From NCBI GenBank assembly GCA_944391015.1, contig CALXRZ010000002.1, positions 1 through 61,597 on the forward strand: a DNA stretch of 61,597 bases. Reading direction: 5' to 3'. Below are positions 38,386-49,467 of this stretch, piece by piece. This DNA comes from an uncultured Clostridia bacterium (GTDB lineage Bacteria; Bacillota; Clostridia; TANB77; CAG-508). A program made the position numbers and the translations under genes. Each line of letters starts with the position of its first letter. Within the stretch, counting starts at the first letter, position 1. A model generated the notes under the pieces. It was given only the letters and a program-made list of their open reading frames with translations, had not been told where the DNA came from and ran no database searches.

Positions 38386-39564
38386 TTAAATTAGTTCGTG
38401 GTGTAATTGTTCCAGTAATTTATTGCTAACTTTTTCTTTCGTCATTATAGATAGTTTGCACTCTTCTAACTGCATTGAAAATATATCTACTGAATTCATA
38501 TTTAATATTTCTAATGTCTTTTTTATTACACTCTCATTTCCCATAATTCCATAGCCAACAAGAGAAATTCTGGATATATTGGTAAAAGAAGATGTAAAAC
38601 CTCCTAATTCATTTTCTAATAATTCTTGGAATTTACCTAAATCACTGGCTTTAATTGTAAAACTTATGTTAAAACTATTTATGCTATTATTTATCATATT
38701 TGCTGGTATGATTCCATTGTTCAACAATGAAAAATACAATTTATTTAGCATATCGGCATTATAGCTTTCGTATTTTAATGTGATTAGAAATAAATTGTCA
38801 TTTTTAACAATGCTTTTGACCTTACTTTCTTCTATTTTGTTGTTTATTTTTGTTCCAATGTTATTATTAAATGTAGAACCTGTTTCTATTAAAACATTAA
38901 ATTTTTGAGCAATTTCTACACATCTGTTATGCAAAACTTTTGCTCCCTCATTAGATAGGTCAAGCATTTCATCATAAGATAGTTCCTCTATTTTTTTTGC
39001 ATCGGTTATTTTATTTGGGTCTGTAGAGTATACTCCATCCACATCAGAAAAAATATAACAATGGTCTGCTTTTATTGCTGATGCAATGGCAACAGCAGTT
39101 GAGTCTGAGCCTCCCCTACCTAAAGTTGTAATATCTTTATTATCATTTATTCCTTGAAATCCTGCTACCACTACTATATTGCCCTTATCAAGCTCCTGCT
39201 TTATTCTTGTGGTATTTATATATTCAATTTTTGCTTCTTCATTTGTGTTTGAAGTATAAATTCCAGCTTGCCAACCTGTTAAAGAAATTGCATTATATCC
39301 TAGCCTTTTTAACAATATTGCAAGCTTAGAAATTGATGCTTGTTCTCCTGTACTAAGTAGTACATCCATTTCTCTTTTATCTGGTTCATAAGATAATTCT
39401 TTTGCTTCTTTTATTAAATTATCCGTTGTTTTTCCTTGTGCAGAGAGCACAACAATAATTTTATTTTTTTTATTATAAAAATCAATGATTTTGTTTGCAA
39501 CAATATTTAATTTTATATTATCTGCAAGTGAACTTCCTCCAAATTTTAAAACTATAGTTTCCAT
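38386..39564 (-). CDS. Aspartate kinase
   Basis: VLKFGGSSLA N-terminus, GRGGSDSTAVAIA block, C-terminal ACT-like repeats. Confidence 0.9.
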   Translation of the reverse strand: METIVLKFGGSSLADNIKLNIVANKIIDFYNKKNKIIVVLSAQGKTTDNLIKEAKELSYEPDKREMDVLLSTGEQASISKLAILLKRLGYNAISLTGWQAGIYTSNTNEEAKIEYINTTRIKQELDKGNIVVVAGFQGINDNKDITTLGRGGSDSTAVAIASAIKADHCYIFSDVDGVYSTDPNKITDAKKIEELSYDEMLDLSNEGAKVLHNRCVEIAQKFNVLIETGSTFNNNIGTKINNKIEESKVKSIVKNDNLFLITLKYESYNADMLNKLYFSLLNNGIIPANMINNSINSFNISFTIKASDLGKFQELLENELGGFTSSFTNISRISLVGYGIMGNESVIKKTLEILNMNSVDIFSMQLEECKLSIMTKEKVSNKLLEQLHHELI

Positions 39565-39706
39565 ATAAAGCAGTCCTTTATACTTAAATGTATAAGGCTT
39601 AAATATAATTATATTTTGCCTATAATATATTTTATTTATTTTAATGTAAATAGTTACTTTAGTATGTAATTTATTTGTACCAGTTTTAAATTATTTGTAG
39701 TAGCTA

Positions 39707-40808
39707 TCATACTATACTTCTTAAATAACTATCTATAAAACCGTTCAAATCTCCGTCCATTACTGCTTGAATATTACCAACCTCATAATTTGTTCTATGG
39801 TCCTTTACCATTGTATATGGGCAAAAAACATATGAACGTATTTGGCTTCCCCAAGCAATATCCATTTGTATACCTTTTAGTTCGTCTATTGTTTCTTTAT
39901 GCTCTTGCTCTTTTAAATGGAGCAATTTTGATTTTAACATTTTCATTGCAGTTTCTCTATTTTGAATTTGCGATCTTTCTGTTTGGCAAGCTACAACAAT
40001 TCCAGTTGGTATATGCGTAATTCTTACTGCAGATGATGTTTTGTTAATATGTTGGCCTCCTGCACCGGATGCTCTATATGTATCTATTTTTAAGTCATCT
40101 GGGTTTATGTCTACCTCAATATCTTCTGTAATTTCTGGTAAAACCTCAACTGAAGCAAATGAAGTATGTCTTCTGCCTCCTGCATCAAATGGTGAAATTC
40201 TTACAAGTCTATGTACTCCTTGTTCTCCTTTTAAGTATCCATAAGCATAATCTCCAGACACTAAAAAAGTTACACTTTTTATTCCAGCTTCTTCACCTGC
40301 TAAATAGTCTAGCTCTTCTACCTTATACCCATTATCGTTTGCCCATCTGGTATACATTCTATATAACATTTCTACCCAATCTTGAGCCTCTGTTCCACCA
40401 GCTCCAGGATGGAGAGTTATAATAGCATTGTTAATATCATATTTTCCAGACAAAAGAGTTGAAGTTTCTAGCTTTTCAACCTCTTTTTCTAATTTTGGCA
40501 CACCGACTTCTAGTTCCTTTTCCAATTCTTCATCACTTTCTTGAAGCAATAAATTCTTTATTTCTATCAGATTATCTAAATCACTTTTTACATTTTTAAA
40601 TTGTCCTACTTTATTTTTTAATTCGGTGATTTTTTTTAATATTTTAGAGCTATTTTTGGAATCACTCCAAAATTCTGCTTGATTCGTTTGATTTTCTAAC
40701 TGTGCCAATTCTTTTTCTAAATTTGCTATGTCAAAGTGAATCACCTATTTTGCCTAATTTTTTATTTTGTTCTTCTAATTTTAAACCTATTTCCTGTAAA
40801 TCTATCAA
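39707..40808 (-). CDS. prfB: Peptide chain release factor 2, requires a programmed +1 frameshift
   Basis: Frame 0 runs from TTG at 40808 for 25 codons to CTT TGA C (40736..40730); the +1 frame continues DIANLEK... to 39707; SPF (RISPFD) and GGQ (SGAGGQHINKT) motifs. Confidence 0.93.
40730..40736 (-). promoter_or_regulatory. RF2 autoregulatory recoding site CTT TGA C
   Basis: Canonical slippery/stop context preceded by the SD-like AGGTGA a few nt upstream. Confidence 0.85.
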
Positions 40809-40835
40809 TTTATCACATCCTTTTAATACACTAAT

Positions 40836-40863
40836 TTTATATAAAATATATATATTTTGTCAA
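40836..40863 (-). promoter_or_regulatory. Sigma-A-like promoter of prfB
   Basis: TTGACA, 16-nt spacer, TATAAA on the minus strand. Confidence 0.5.
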
Positions 40864-40923
40864 GTGTACATAATGATGGGTTAGAAAGTAATTATCTATT
40901 AGTGCAGGCGGAAGCTACAAATA

Positions 40924-40968
40924 CCAAAAGAGCAGGAACTATATTATATAGTTTTCCTGCTCTTTTGG
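40924..40968 (-). terminator. Hairpin downstream of the MYG1-like gene
   Basis: CCAAAAGAGCAGGAA / TTCCTGCTCTTTTGG, perfect 15-bp stem; weak T tract. Confidence 0.5.
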
Positions 40969-41018
40969 TGTGGCACTAAGTTATAATTAACAAATTACGA
41001 CTCAGTGATTTGAAAACG

Positions 41019-41954
41019 TTATGCTGAAGAAAGCATCGTTGCCATCTTCATTGCTCCTTCAAAAGATTCCGCCGCCCCCATAAAGCCAGCAGCGTGAACA
41101 AATGTAGCATCTTGCACACCAGTAACTTTTTTTAAAGTTTCCGGTGATGCTCCACGCCAAGATTTAGGAACAGCCTTGCGCTGGTCTCCTTCGCCTTGTC
41201 TTGTAGGAACACATTGGAAATTGTATCCACCACGCCGGCTAGGATAAACAAGAAACCAAATGTCATTAGCTTTCGGGTTGTGACTACTAAAAAGCCAATC
41301 CTGCCAAGGAACATAAGTGGGTAAGACCATAATATGATTTTTGCTATCTTCGATAGCATCGTCAACAATGTCTTTAGCCTCAGCCTTGCCCAGCTCCTGA
41401 TTAAACAGTTGCTCGAATACCGTTCGTGCGAAATTGCACGCTTCAATGAAGCACTTGTTTTCATCAAGATTTGAATTCCAAGTGGGATTAAACCGAGCAA
41501 TAATGTTAGAAATTGTGTACGGCTTTGCAGGGTACACGACCTTAGGCATTGCTCCGCAATCCGTGGCATCGATGGATTGAATCAACTCTTCATCAATCCA
41601 TTTCCATACCAGCTCCGGTTCTTTTGTACCGGTTCTTTTTACAATTTCGGGGCCAAATTTTTTCCATATAAGCCCACACGAGGCATATGGAACTCCATTT
41701 TCTCTAACACCGTTTCCACCGTATTGATGGTGGTCAAATTCACCTTTACCAATATCATAAATTATAACGTTGGCAGGTGGCTCTTTTGGTATGTTTTGAT
41801 CCAGTACACGGAGAACACAGAGTTCCCCAAAATACATTTCGAGTATTATTGTGGCGAACACTTCGTCTGCGTGGAATTTCCCAATATGGGTTATTCCATA
41901 CCATTTATTGCACCAAAACTCTACATTCCGGACGTCTTTTATCATCTTAAGCAT
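41019..41954 (-). CDS. MYG1/UPF0160-family metal-dependent hydrolase
   Basis: GKFHADEV and GEFDHHQ metal-binding blocks, WRG...FVHAAGFMG C-terminus; sampled lines are 42-48% GC. Confidence 0.75.
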   Translation of the reverse strand: MLKMIKDVRNVEFWCNKWYGITHIGKFHADEVFATIILEMYFGELCVLRVLDQNIPKEPPANVIIYDIGKGEFDHHQYGGNGVRENGVPYASCGLIWKKFGPEIVKRTGTKEPELVWKWIDEELIQSIDATDCGAMPKVVYPAKPYTISNIIARFNPTWNSNLDENKCFIEACNFARTVFEQLFNQELGKAEAKDIVDDAIEDSKNHIMVLPTYVPWQDWLFSSHNPKANDIWFLVYPSRRGGYNFQCVPTRQGEGDQRKAVPKSWRGASPETLKKVTGVQDATFVHAAGFMGAAESFEGAMKMATMLSSA

Positions 41955-42052
41955 AACGCTTTCCCCTTTCTTTTTTATTTATTGCAAAAATTTTAACGTT
42001 CGAATATTATTTTAACATATTTTATGTAAATTTTCAAGCATTTGGCTATAAA

Positions 42053-42093
42053 ATATAGGGTAAAAAATGTAAGAGAATTATTTTACCCTATAT
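42053..42093. terminator. Bidirectional hairpin
   Basis: ATATAGGGTAAAA / TTTTACCCTATAT. Confidence 0.55.
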
Positions 42094-42198
42094 AAATTAT
42101 GCGATTCTTGAGGATACGCCAATTGTATATTTGTTTAACTATACCGGAGTAATGAACAAAATTTTCTCAAAAACTACATATCTTTTAATTTATTTTAA

Positions 42199-42837
42199 TT
42201 ATTTGGATAAGCATTTTTTAATAAAGTCCTTTATTTCTCCATCTTCTGCATTTTCAAAATAGTACTTCTTAAATTGTTCTCTATTTATTGTTTGATAAAG
42301 AAATTCTTTATCTATGTTCCTTAAAATAGTCATCATATCGTTATGAGTTATTTTCTTAACTTCGTCCAATATTTTCCTATTGGCTTGCTCTGGCTCTCTT
42401 CTTTCTACCGGATAGCCACCACCTGCTTCTGTTTCAAATAGTTTTTCGAAAATATATTTAAGCGTAAGCTCACTTCCCCATCCAAAGCCTTTTGCAAATG
42501 GAATGGCTACTGCATTTCCCGCGTTTATTTGACTAAATAAATACGCATCTGTTGGGTCCGTTATATGTCCACAAAGTACACTTGGAAAGCTATTTAGTGC
42601 AAGTGTTGCACCTTCTCCTGTTCCACACCCTGTTACTATAAAATCTGCTGCTTTTGAGTTTATTAAAATTGCGGAAAGTAAACCTGCTTGAACATAAGTT
42701 AAATTGTTTTCTTCAGAGTTTTCCATTCCATAATTGTATACTTCATATCCGTATTTGTCTGCCACTTCTTTTAATGCATCAAATATAATTTTGTTTTTTG
42801 ATGCTTGACTATTTTCATTTATTAAAGCTATTTTCAT
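42199..42837 (-). CDS. RpiB/LacA/LacB-family sugar-phosphate isomerase-like protein
   Basis: 212 aa, MKIALINENSQ... N-terminus, TGCGTGEG block; adjacent to kduD. Confidence 0.6.
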   Translation of the reverse strand: MKIALINENSQASKNKIIFDALKEVADKYGYEVYNYGMENSEENNLTYVQAGLLSAILINSKAADFIVTGCGTGEGATLALNSFPSVLCGHITDPTDAYLFSQINAGNAVAIPFAKGFGWGSELTLKYIFEKLFETEAGGGYPVERREPEQANRKILDEVKKITHNDMMTILRNIDKEFLYQTINREQFKKYYFENAEDGEIKDFIKKCLSK

Positions 42838-42875
42838 AAATCTTAATCTCCTTTTTCTATTTTTTTCATAGAACT

Positions 42876-43637
42876 TTATCTTGCAAGCCAGCCTCCATCT
42901 ACTGCTAAGGTATAACCATTTACATAGTCAGAGGCTTTTGAAGCTAAGAATACTACTGCTCCTGCTAAATCTTCTGGTGTTCCCCATCTTCCAGCAGGTA
43001 TTCTATCTAATATTTCTTTTTCTCTTTTCGCATCTTCTCTTATTGCTTTTGTATTATCTGTAGCCATATATCCTGGTGCAATTGCATTTACATTTATGTT
43101 AAATTTAGCCCACTCATTTGCTAATGCTTTTGTTATACCTGCAACACCACTTTTGCTTGCTGTATATGCTGGTACTCTAATTCCTCCTTGGAAAGATAAC
43201 ATTGACGCAATGCTTATAATTTTTCCTCCTGATTTTTGTTTCATAAATTCTTTAGCTACTCTTTGTGATAAGAAAAATACTGTTTTTAAATTCAAGCTTA
43301 AAATGTCATCCCAGTCTTTTTCTGTATAGTCTATTGCGTCTTGTCTTCTTATGGTTCCTGCATTATTTACTAAAATGTCAACTCTTCCAAATTTTTCTAC
43401 AGTTTTTTCTACAATCTCATTTACTTTGTCTGTAGATGTTAAATCTGCTTTTATTCCTAAAAATTCTTTTCCTACTTTTTTTATTTCTGTTTCTGTGTCA
43501 GACATATCGCTCTGCCCTACTCCTACTATATTTGCTCCTGCTTCAGCCAAAGCAATTGCCATACCTTGTCCAAGACCTCTGCTTGCGCCTGTAACTATTG
43601 CAACTTTTCCTTCTAAATTAAATAAATCTTTTACCAT
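42876..43637 (-). CDS. kduD: 2-dehydro-3-deoxy-D-gluconate 5-dehydrogenase-like SDR
   Basis: TGASRGLGQGMA cofactor motif, YTASK active site; KduD-like N-terminus. Confidence 0.7.
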   Translation of the reverse strand: MVKDLFNLEGKVAIVTGASRGLGQGMAIALAEAGANIVGVGQSDMSDTETEIKKVGKEFLGIKADLTSTDKVNEIVEKTVEKFGRVDILVNNAGTIRRQDAIDYTEKDWDDILSLNLKTVFFLSQRVAKEFMKQKSGGKIISIASMLSFQGGIRVPAYTASKSGVAGITKALANEWAKFNINVNAIAPGYMATDNTKAIREDAKREKEILDRIPAGRWGTPEDLAGAVVFLASKASDYVNGYTLAVDGGWLAR

Positions 43638-43863
43638 AGTATATTCCTTCTTTCAACTTTTTTATAATTTATTTTAATCGATTTTTTTCATTTTAGCAAT
43701 AGCTTTATCTATTGAAGTGAAGCAATTTATTTATTAAAATAAAAATGCCTAGGTGGCAGCGTACTTAACATACGCTTAGCATTTAGCTACCATACCTGGG
43801 TCTTACTATAAATATTTTACCAAGCAAAAAATTGCATGTCAAATATTTTATGCATAAATTTTA

Positions 43864-44790
43864 TTATACTCTAGGTCCTATAAATTTATCTCCGTTCAGA
43901 TGTATCATATGATCAGGCATTTCTGCTAACCATACTTCTGTTTCCCACGCTAAATCTTCTGCAAATTTCTTAAATGTCTTCATATCAAGAAAAGCTGTAA
44001 CATATATTTTTCCATATCCACAATTAGTTGTCATCTCACTTATTTCTACTAATCTTTTTGGACTAATCGGTCCGACACTCGTAACAGCTTCAATAAAATA
44101 AATCCATCTTTTTTCCTTTTCATACAGTATAACATCAGGCAATTTGTCGTGTTCACCCATCGAAATGTGCAATCTTTCTAAAATATCTTTGTCTTTATAT
44201 AGGTCTTTATCTTTTGTATCTCCAACATAAGCAACAATACTATTTGGAGCAAATCTAGGAGCAAATTCTTCTATAATTGCTTTTTGCAAATCATTATGTT
44301 TTCCTGGACTAAATTTAAATTCTTTACCATTAATTTTGATAGGAACTTTTATTAATTTTCTTTTATTTTCATAAATTTTTATTAATTTTTCATGTGTAGA
44401 CAAATATTTATTTAATTCTTCTTCCCAATTATTTGTTTTATAATTTCTTACTAATTTTAGTGCCTCTTCGGTGATTCTGTATCTATAGTTTGGACTATTC
44501 GTAGCTAATCCATTATCTTCTATTAATGCTGAAATTCTAAAATGGTGTAATGCCTGTTTTCTGAATGTTTCTCTACTGTTTTCAGCATATGTGATATTGT
44601 AGTTTTCTTTAATAAATTCAATTATATCATGTATTCTAATATACTCATTGGTTGCTTTACTCCATTCATCTTGATTTTTAATATTAAGTAAAGCTAATAA
44701 AGTATATGCACACAAGTCACTCTGTTGCTTTTTTGGCATTCCTACATCCATAAGTATTTGTCTAGCTTCTTCTATTTTACTCATTATCAA
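43864..44790 (-). CDS. Type II restriction endonuclease, BsuBI/PstI family
   Basis: LLALLN, SPGKHN, YVGDT, LPDVILY, EAVTSVGP, AWETEVW and HMIHLNGDKFIGP blocks match my recollection of the family. Confidence 0.7.
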   Translation of the reverse strand: MIMSKIEEARQILMDVGMPKKQQSDLCAYTLLALLNIKNQDEWSKATNEYIRIHDIIEFIKENYNITYAENSRETFRKQALHHFRISALIEDNGLATNSPNYRYRITEEALKLVRNYKTNNWEEELNKYLSTHEKLIKIYENKRKLIKVPIKINGKEFKFSPGKHNDLQKAIIEEFAPRFAPNSIVAYVGDTKDKDLYKDKDILERLHISMGEHDKLPDVILYEKEKRWIYFIEAVTSVGPISPKRLVEISEMTTNCGYGKIYVTAFLDMKTFKKFAEDLAWETEVWLAEMPDHMIHLNGDKFIGPRV

Positions 44791-46246
44791 TTACCTCCAT
44801 TAAAATATTATTACAATTATCTGATGATAAATCTTTATTTTCTCTTAAATATTTACCCATTTTTTTAATTTCATTTTCATTTGGTATTGGAATATTGTTT
44901 ACCTCAGTCGCATTTACTTGAGTAGAACCATTTAATATTCTATAATATTGATCATATAATGTACTATTATATAACACATATAATCCATATAATAAATCTT
45001 CTTGTATTTCACTATTATCAGAAGTGCAAATATAATTTATATGATTTTCTGTTGATATAAAATCATAATTATTAAATTGATTTTTCAAAAAAATTGCAGG
45101 CTGAACTCTTCTATTCTCTTCTTTACTGCTAAATCTTTTGATAAATAGATAATTCATATTTTTTTGTAATAAGGATGTATTATCTTTTTTTATATATTGA
45201 GGTTCTTCTAATTTACTCGGAAATTGTATTATACCATTTTTAAAGTGAATGGATGATAAAAGCGGTACATTATTACTATTTGCTTTTTTTTCGAGTGAAG
45301 ATTCATTTCTAAAATCTACCGTTAGTCCCGTTTTTAATTTTAATCCTAAATCATTTAATTTTGTATCAAATCTATTTATTGTTCTTAAAACCTTTATATC
45401 TTTTTCATTGGTTGGTAAATAAACATATCTTTCATCATTATTTTCAACACATAAATCGTAGTTAATTTCGTATTTATTTATTTTATTAAAATCAGAATTA
45501 CTATATGATTCGGTTATAATTACTTTTGGTGGAGTTTCTTTGCTTTTTATTGCTCTTAATATCATGGTCTCTTGTAATACATTTTCCCTACTAAACACTT
45601 TATCTCTACTTACAAATAAATGAATATTAGTTAATTTAACATTATCCAAAAATTTCTGCCTAAATTTTTTAAAATATGCTCCTGATGTCCACGATCTTGG
45701 TACAATAAAAATCATTTCTCCATCATCTTTTAAAACTCTTTCTGCCATTTCCATAAACAGAAAATATATATTAGGTTGTCCATAAACAACATCTTTCATT
45801 GCGATAGCTTCTTTAGAGTTTTTTCCTATCTTTTTGTATGGAGGATTACTAATTATAATATCATAAATTCTTTCTGTTGTATTTTCGTTGTGTAAAATAA
45901 AGTTGTCTTTTATAATTTTGATTTTTTTTAATTTAGTAATTGAATTCTTTACTCTTTGCATATTTTTTTCTAATATTAAAGCAATATTTTCATCATTTTC
46001 ATATAAATCAATTTCTATACTCTTGATATCTTGAATATTATTAAGCTTTTCAAGTAGAGCAATACTCAATATTCCTGTCCCTGCTCCTGCATCTAGTATT
46101 TTTATCTTTTCTTTATGCGACCTAGATAAATTTGCCATAAAAATAGCTGTTTCTTTTGAAGTAAAGAATTGTCCTATTTTCTTTCTCTCAACTTTTGATT
46201 TGGTGTTAATATATTTATCTGTAACATTAATAATTTCATCTATCAT
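44777..46246 (-). CDS. N6-adenine DNA methyltransferase (Eco57I/PstI-methylase-like)
   Basis: Motif I LDAGAGTGILS, motif IV SNPPY; 14-nt overlap with the endonuclease gene. Confidence 0.85.
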   Translation of the reverse strand: MIDEIINVTDKYINTKSKVERKKIGQFFTSKETAIFMANLSRSHKEKIKILDAGAGTGILSIALLEKLNNIQDIKSIEIDLYENDENIALILEKNMQRVKNSITKLKKIKIIKDNFILHNENTTERIYDIIISNPPYKKIGKNSKEAIAMKDVVYGQPNIYFLFMEMAERVLKDDGEMIFIVPRSWTSGAYFKKFRQKFLDNVKLTNIHLFVSRDKVFSRENVLQETMILRAIKSKETPPKVIITESYSNSDFNKINKYEINYDLCVENNDERYVYLPTNEKDIKVLRTINRFDTKLNDLGLKLKTGLTVDFRNESSLEKKANSNNVPLLSSIHFKNGIIQFPSKLEEPQYIKKDNTSLLQKNMNYLFIKRFSSKEENRRVQPAIFLKNQFNNYDFISTENHINYICTSDNSEIQEDLLYGLYVLYNSTLYDQYYRILNGSTQVNATEVNNIPIPNENEIKKMGKYLRENKDLSSDNCNNILMEVIDNE

Positions 46247-46531
46247 ATTTCTTTAGCTCCTTTACAAAGATGTTTTCCAGTTCATTATCTTCTCAGACAT
46301 TATATCATAATTTATTTACTTTGTCTTTTATATTTATAAAAATTCCTTCGTCATTTATTTCTACTTTACTATTACTCATGCAGGACACACTATAAAAAGA
46401 AGTGTCACCCTTTTTATTTAGGTTACACTTCTTTAATTTTAAGCTTTTATAAATTTTTTATTTAAGTTTGGGTGACAACCTAATTTTGTCACCCAATTTT
46501 CGATTTTTGTAAAATGCTTTAAACACAGGCG

Positions 46532-49294
46532 CTATGCGTTCTTTCCGCAGCAATTCTTATATTTTTTTCCTGAACCACATGGGCAAGGGTCATTTCTTCC
46601 AATTTTTGGCTCTGTGTTAACTATAGGTGTGTGGCTTTTTTCTTGTTTTGGAGCACTACCATTTAGTGACATATTTGTATTTTCAAAGCCTTCTCCCGTA
46701 ATTTTTACAGATTCGTGTCTTGTTGGAGCGCCCTCTCTTTTTCTTGCATTCATCAATACTTTTACTACGTTTAATTGAATATCTTCTATCATTTGGTCAA
46801 ACATATCAAAGCCTTCTATTCTGTATTGTACAACTGGGTCTTTTTGTCCATAAGCACGAAGTCCTATTCCGTCTTTTAGCTCATCCATTGCATCGATGTG
46901 ATCCATCCATCTTTCATCAACTATTTTAAGCATTACGACTCTTTCAAGTTCTCTTAAAACATTTTCGCCAAACTCTTGCTCTTTTTGTGCATATTTTTGA
47001 TGTGCTTTTTCAATTAGTTCTTTAGCTACATCTTCTGTTTTTATTCTTCCTTTGTTTGATGCTTCAGATGAATCTAGTGCATCAAGCTCAGTAATTCCAA
47101 ATGTAGTTGCTACATCTTGCATAAATGGTTCTTTGTTTATACCATTTTCTGTTGTATATGCAGATACTAGTTTGTTTGCTACTGTGTCTATTATTTTTTC
47201 TATACTGCTTTTTAAGTTTTCTCCATCTAAAACTTCTCTTCTTTGTTTATAGATTATTTCTCTTTGAGTGTTCATAACATCATCATATTGAAGTACATTC
47301 TTTCTAATTGTAAAGTTACGTCCCTCAACTTTCTTTTGAGCATTTTCTACTGCTTTTGATAGCATTTTAGATTGAATAGGCATATTTTCGTCTGCACCTA
47401 ATGTATTGTATACGTTGGTAATCATATCTCCACCAAAGATTTTCATTAGGTCATCATCTAGTCCAATGTAGAATTTAGATTCACCAGGGTCTCCTTGACG
47501 TCCACTACGTCCTCTTAACTGATTGTCTATTCTTCTTGATTCGTGTCTTTCTGTACCTATTATTTTTAATCCACCTGCATTTATTACTTTTTCTTTTTCT
47601 TCTTTTATTTCTTTATCAAATTTTTCTTCTAATTCTTTGTATTTTTTTCTTGCGTCTAGTATTTCTTGGTCGTCTGTTTCGTTAAATGCTGTTGATTGCT
47701 CAATTAGTTCTGGAGAATATTTTAGTTTTGCCATTTCTTGTTTTGCTAAGAATTCACTATTTCCTCCAAGCATAATATCGGTACCACGGCCTGCCATATT
47801 TGTAGCTATTGTAACTGCTCCAAATTTACCAGCTTGTGCAACTATTTGTGCTTCTTTTTCGTGGAATTTAGCATTTAATACTTCGTGCTTTATTCCCTCT
47901 TTAGAAAGTAGCTTACTTAGTTTTTCTGATTTTTCAATAGATACAGTACCAACTAAAACTGGTTGACCTTTTTTGTGGCTTTCTTTTATGTCCTCTATTA
48001 CTGCTCTAAATTTAGCATTCTCGTTTTTATATATTGTGTCTGGGTGGTCGACCCTCTGTACAGGCTTATTTGTTGGTATTTCTATAACATCTAATTTGTA
48101 TATTTCTTCGAATTCGTCTTCCTCTGTCATAGCAGTACCAGTCATACCAGACAATTTGTCGTACATTCTGAAATAATTCTGGAATGTAATTGTAGCTAGT
48201 GTTTTAGATTCATCAGCTATTTTTACGTGCTCTTTTGCTTCTATTGCTTGGTGCAAGCCATTGTTATATCTTCTTCCATACATAATACGTCCTGTAAATT
48301 CGTCTACAATTAAAACTTCGCCATCTTTTACAATATAATCAATGTCTTTCTTCATTATTCCGTGTGCACGAAGTGCTTGATTTACATTATGTACTAATTC
48401 AGAATTTTCTATATCATTAAAATTCTCTAATCCAAATTCTTGCTCTGCTTTTTTAATACCCTTTTGTGTAAGTGATGCAGATTTTGCTTTTAAGTCTACT
48501 ATGTAGTCATATTTTTCATTATCTTCAGCTTGAGCGATGTCTTTTACATCTTCTTCTACAATAACTTTTGGAGTTAATTTTCTTACAAAGTTATCAGCTT
48601 TTTTATATAAGTCCGATGATTGTGCTCCCCTACCTGATATTATTAAAGGTGTACGAGCCTCATCAATTAAAATACTATCAATCTCATCGACTATAGCATA
48701 ATTTAATTTTCTTTGTACTAATTGGTCTTTGTATATAACCATATTATCTCTTAAATAATCAAAACCAAATTCGTTGTTTGTACCATAAGTAACATCTGCA
48801 CTATAAGCTTTTTGCTTATCTTTAGGAGACATACCGGCTATTACTAGACCAACTGTTAGGCCTAAGAATTTATATAATTTTCCCATCCATTCACTGTCTC
48901 TTTTAGCTAGGTAATCGTTTACTGTAATTACGTGTACTCCCTTTCCAGTTAAAGCATTTAGGTATACAGGAAGTGTTGCAACTAATGTTTTACCTTCACC
49001 AGTCTTCATTTCAGCAATTCTACCTTGGTGTAAAATAATTCCACCAATAAGTTGTACATCAAAATGTCTCATTCCTAAAACTCTTTTAGATGCTTCTCTA
49101 ACCACAGCAAAAGCTTCTGGTAATAAGTCGTCTAAGCTTTCGCCTTTTTCCAATCTATTTTTAAATTCAGTGGTTTTTCCTTTTAATTCACTATCTGATA
49201 ATTTTTGTATACTTTCCTCTAGTCCATTTATTTTTTGAACTAATGGCATAATTCTTTTTACTTCTTTTTCACTATATGATTTGAATAAACCCAT
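46532..49294 (-). CDS. secA: Preprotein translocase ATPase SecA
   Basis: 920 aa, Walker [14 protein letters not shown]-type box [18 protein letters not shown]-terminal zinc motif [14 protein letters not shown]. Confidence 0.98.
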   Translation of the reverse strand: MGLFKSYSEKEVKRIMPLVQKINGLEESIQKLSDSELKGKTTEFKNRLEKGESLDDLLPEAFAVVREASKRVLGMRHFDVQLIGGIILHQGRIAEMKTGEGKTLVATLPVYLNALTGKGVHVITVNDYLAKRDSEWMGKLYKFLGLTVGLVIAGMSPKDKQKAYSADVTYGTNNEFGFDYLRDNMVIYKDQLVQRKLNYAIVDEIDSILIDEARTPLIISGRGAQSSDLYKKADNFVRKLTPKVIVEEDVKDIAQAEDNEKYDYIVDLKAKSASLTQKGIKKAEQEFGLENFNDIENSELVHNVNQALRAHGIMKKDIDYIVKDGEVLIVDEFTGRIMYGRRYNNGLHQAIEAKEHVKIADESKTLATITFQNYFRMYDKLSGMTGTAMTEEDEFEEIYKLDVIEIPTNKPVQRVDHPDTIYKNENAKFRAVIEDIKESHKKGQPVLVGTVSIEKSEKLSKLLSKEGIKHEVLNAKFHEKEAQIVAQAGKFGAVTIATNMAGRGTDIMLGGNSEFLAKQEMAKLKYSPELIEQSTAFNETDDQEILDARKKYKELEEKFDKEIKEEKEKVINAGGLKIIGTERHESRRIDNQLRGRSGRQGDPGESKFYIGLDDDLMKIFGGDMITNVYNTLGADENMPIQSKMLSKAVENAQKKVEGRNFTIRKNVLQYDDVMNTQREIIYKQRREVLDGENLKSSIEKIIDTVANKLVSAYTTENGINKEPFMQDVATTFGITELDALDSSEASNKGRIKTEDVAKELIEKAHQKYAQKEQEFGENVLRELERVVMLKIVDERWMDHIDAMDELKDGIGLRAYGQKDPVVQYRIEGFDMFDQMIEDIQLNVVKVLMNARKREGAPTRHESVKITGEGFENTNMSLNGSAPKQEKSHTPIVNTEPKIGRNDPCPCGSGKKYKNCCGKNA

Positions 49295-49467
49295 TATTTT
49301 TCTTCCTTCCTCAAGTTTAATTTTACTCTATTGCGATGTAGATTCATCACTATATTAGGTATCTAATTTAACCTAAATTATACTATGATACTATACCACT
49401 TTTTATATAAAACTGCAAGCTTTTTTAAAAGTTTACTATGACAAATAACTGAAACGTTACTATTTTA

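Noticed and set aside
39565-39706. Lysine riboswitch (L-box) upstream of aspartokinase
   Set aside because: The leader is only about 140 nt, extremely AT-rich, and lacks the G-rich helices of an L-box.
43864-46246. CTGCAG site avoidance as support for the predicted R-M specificity
   Set aside because: At least 5 sites are present in the window against a rough expectation of about 3, so there is no depletion signal. Specificity is left open.
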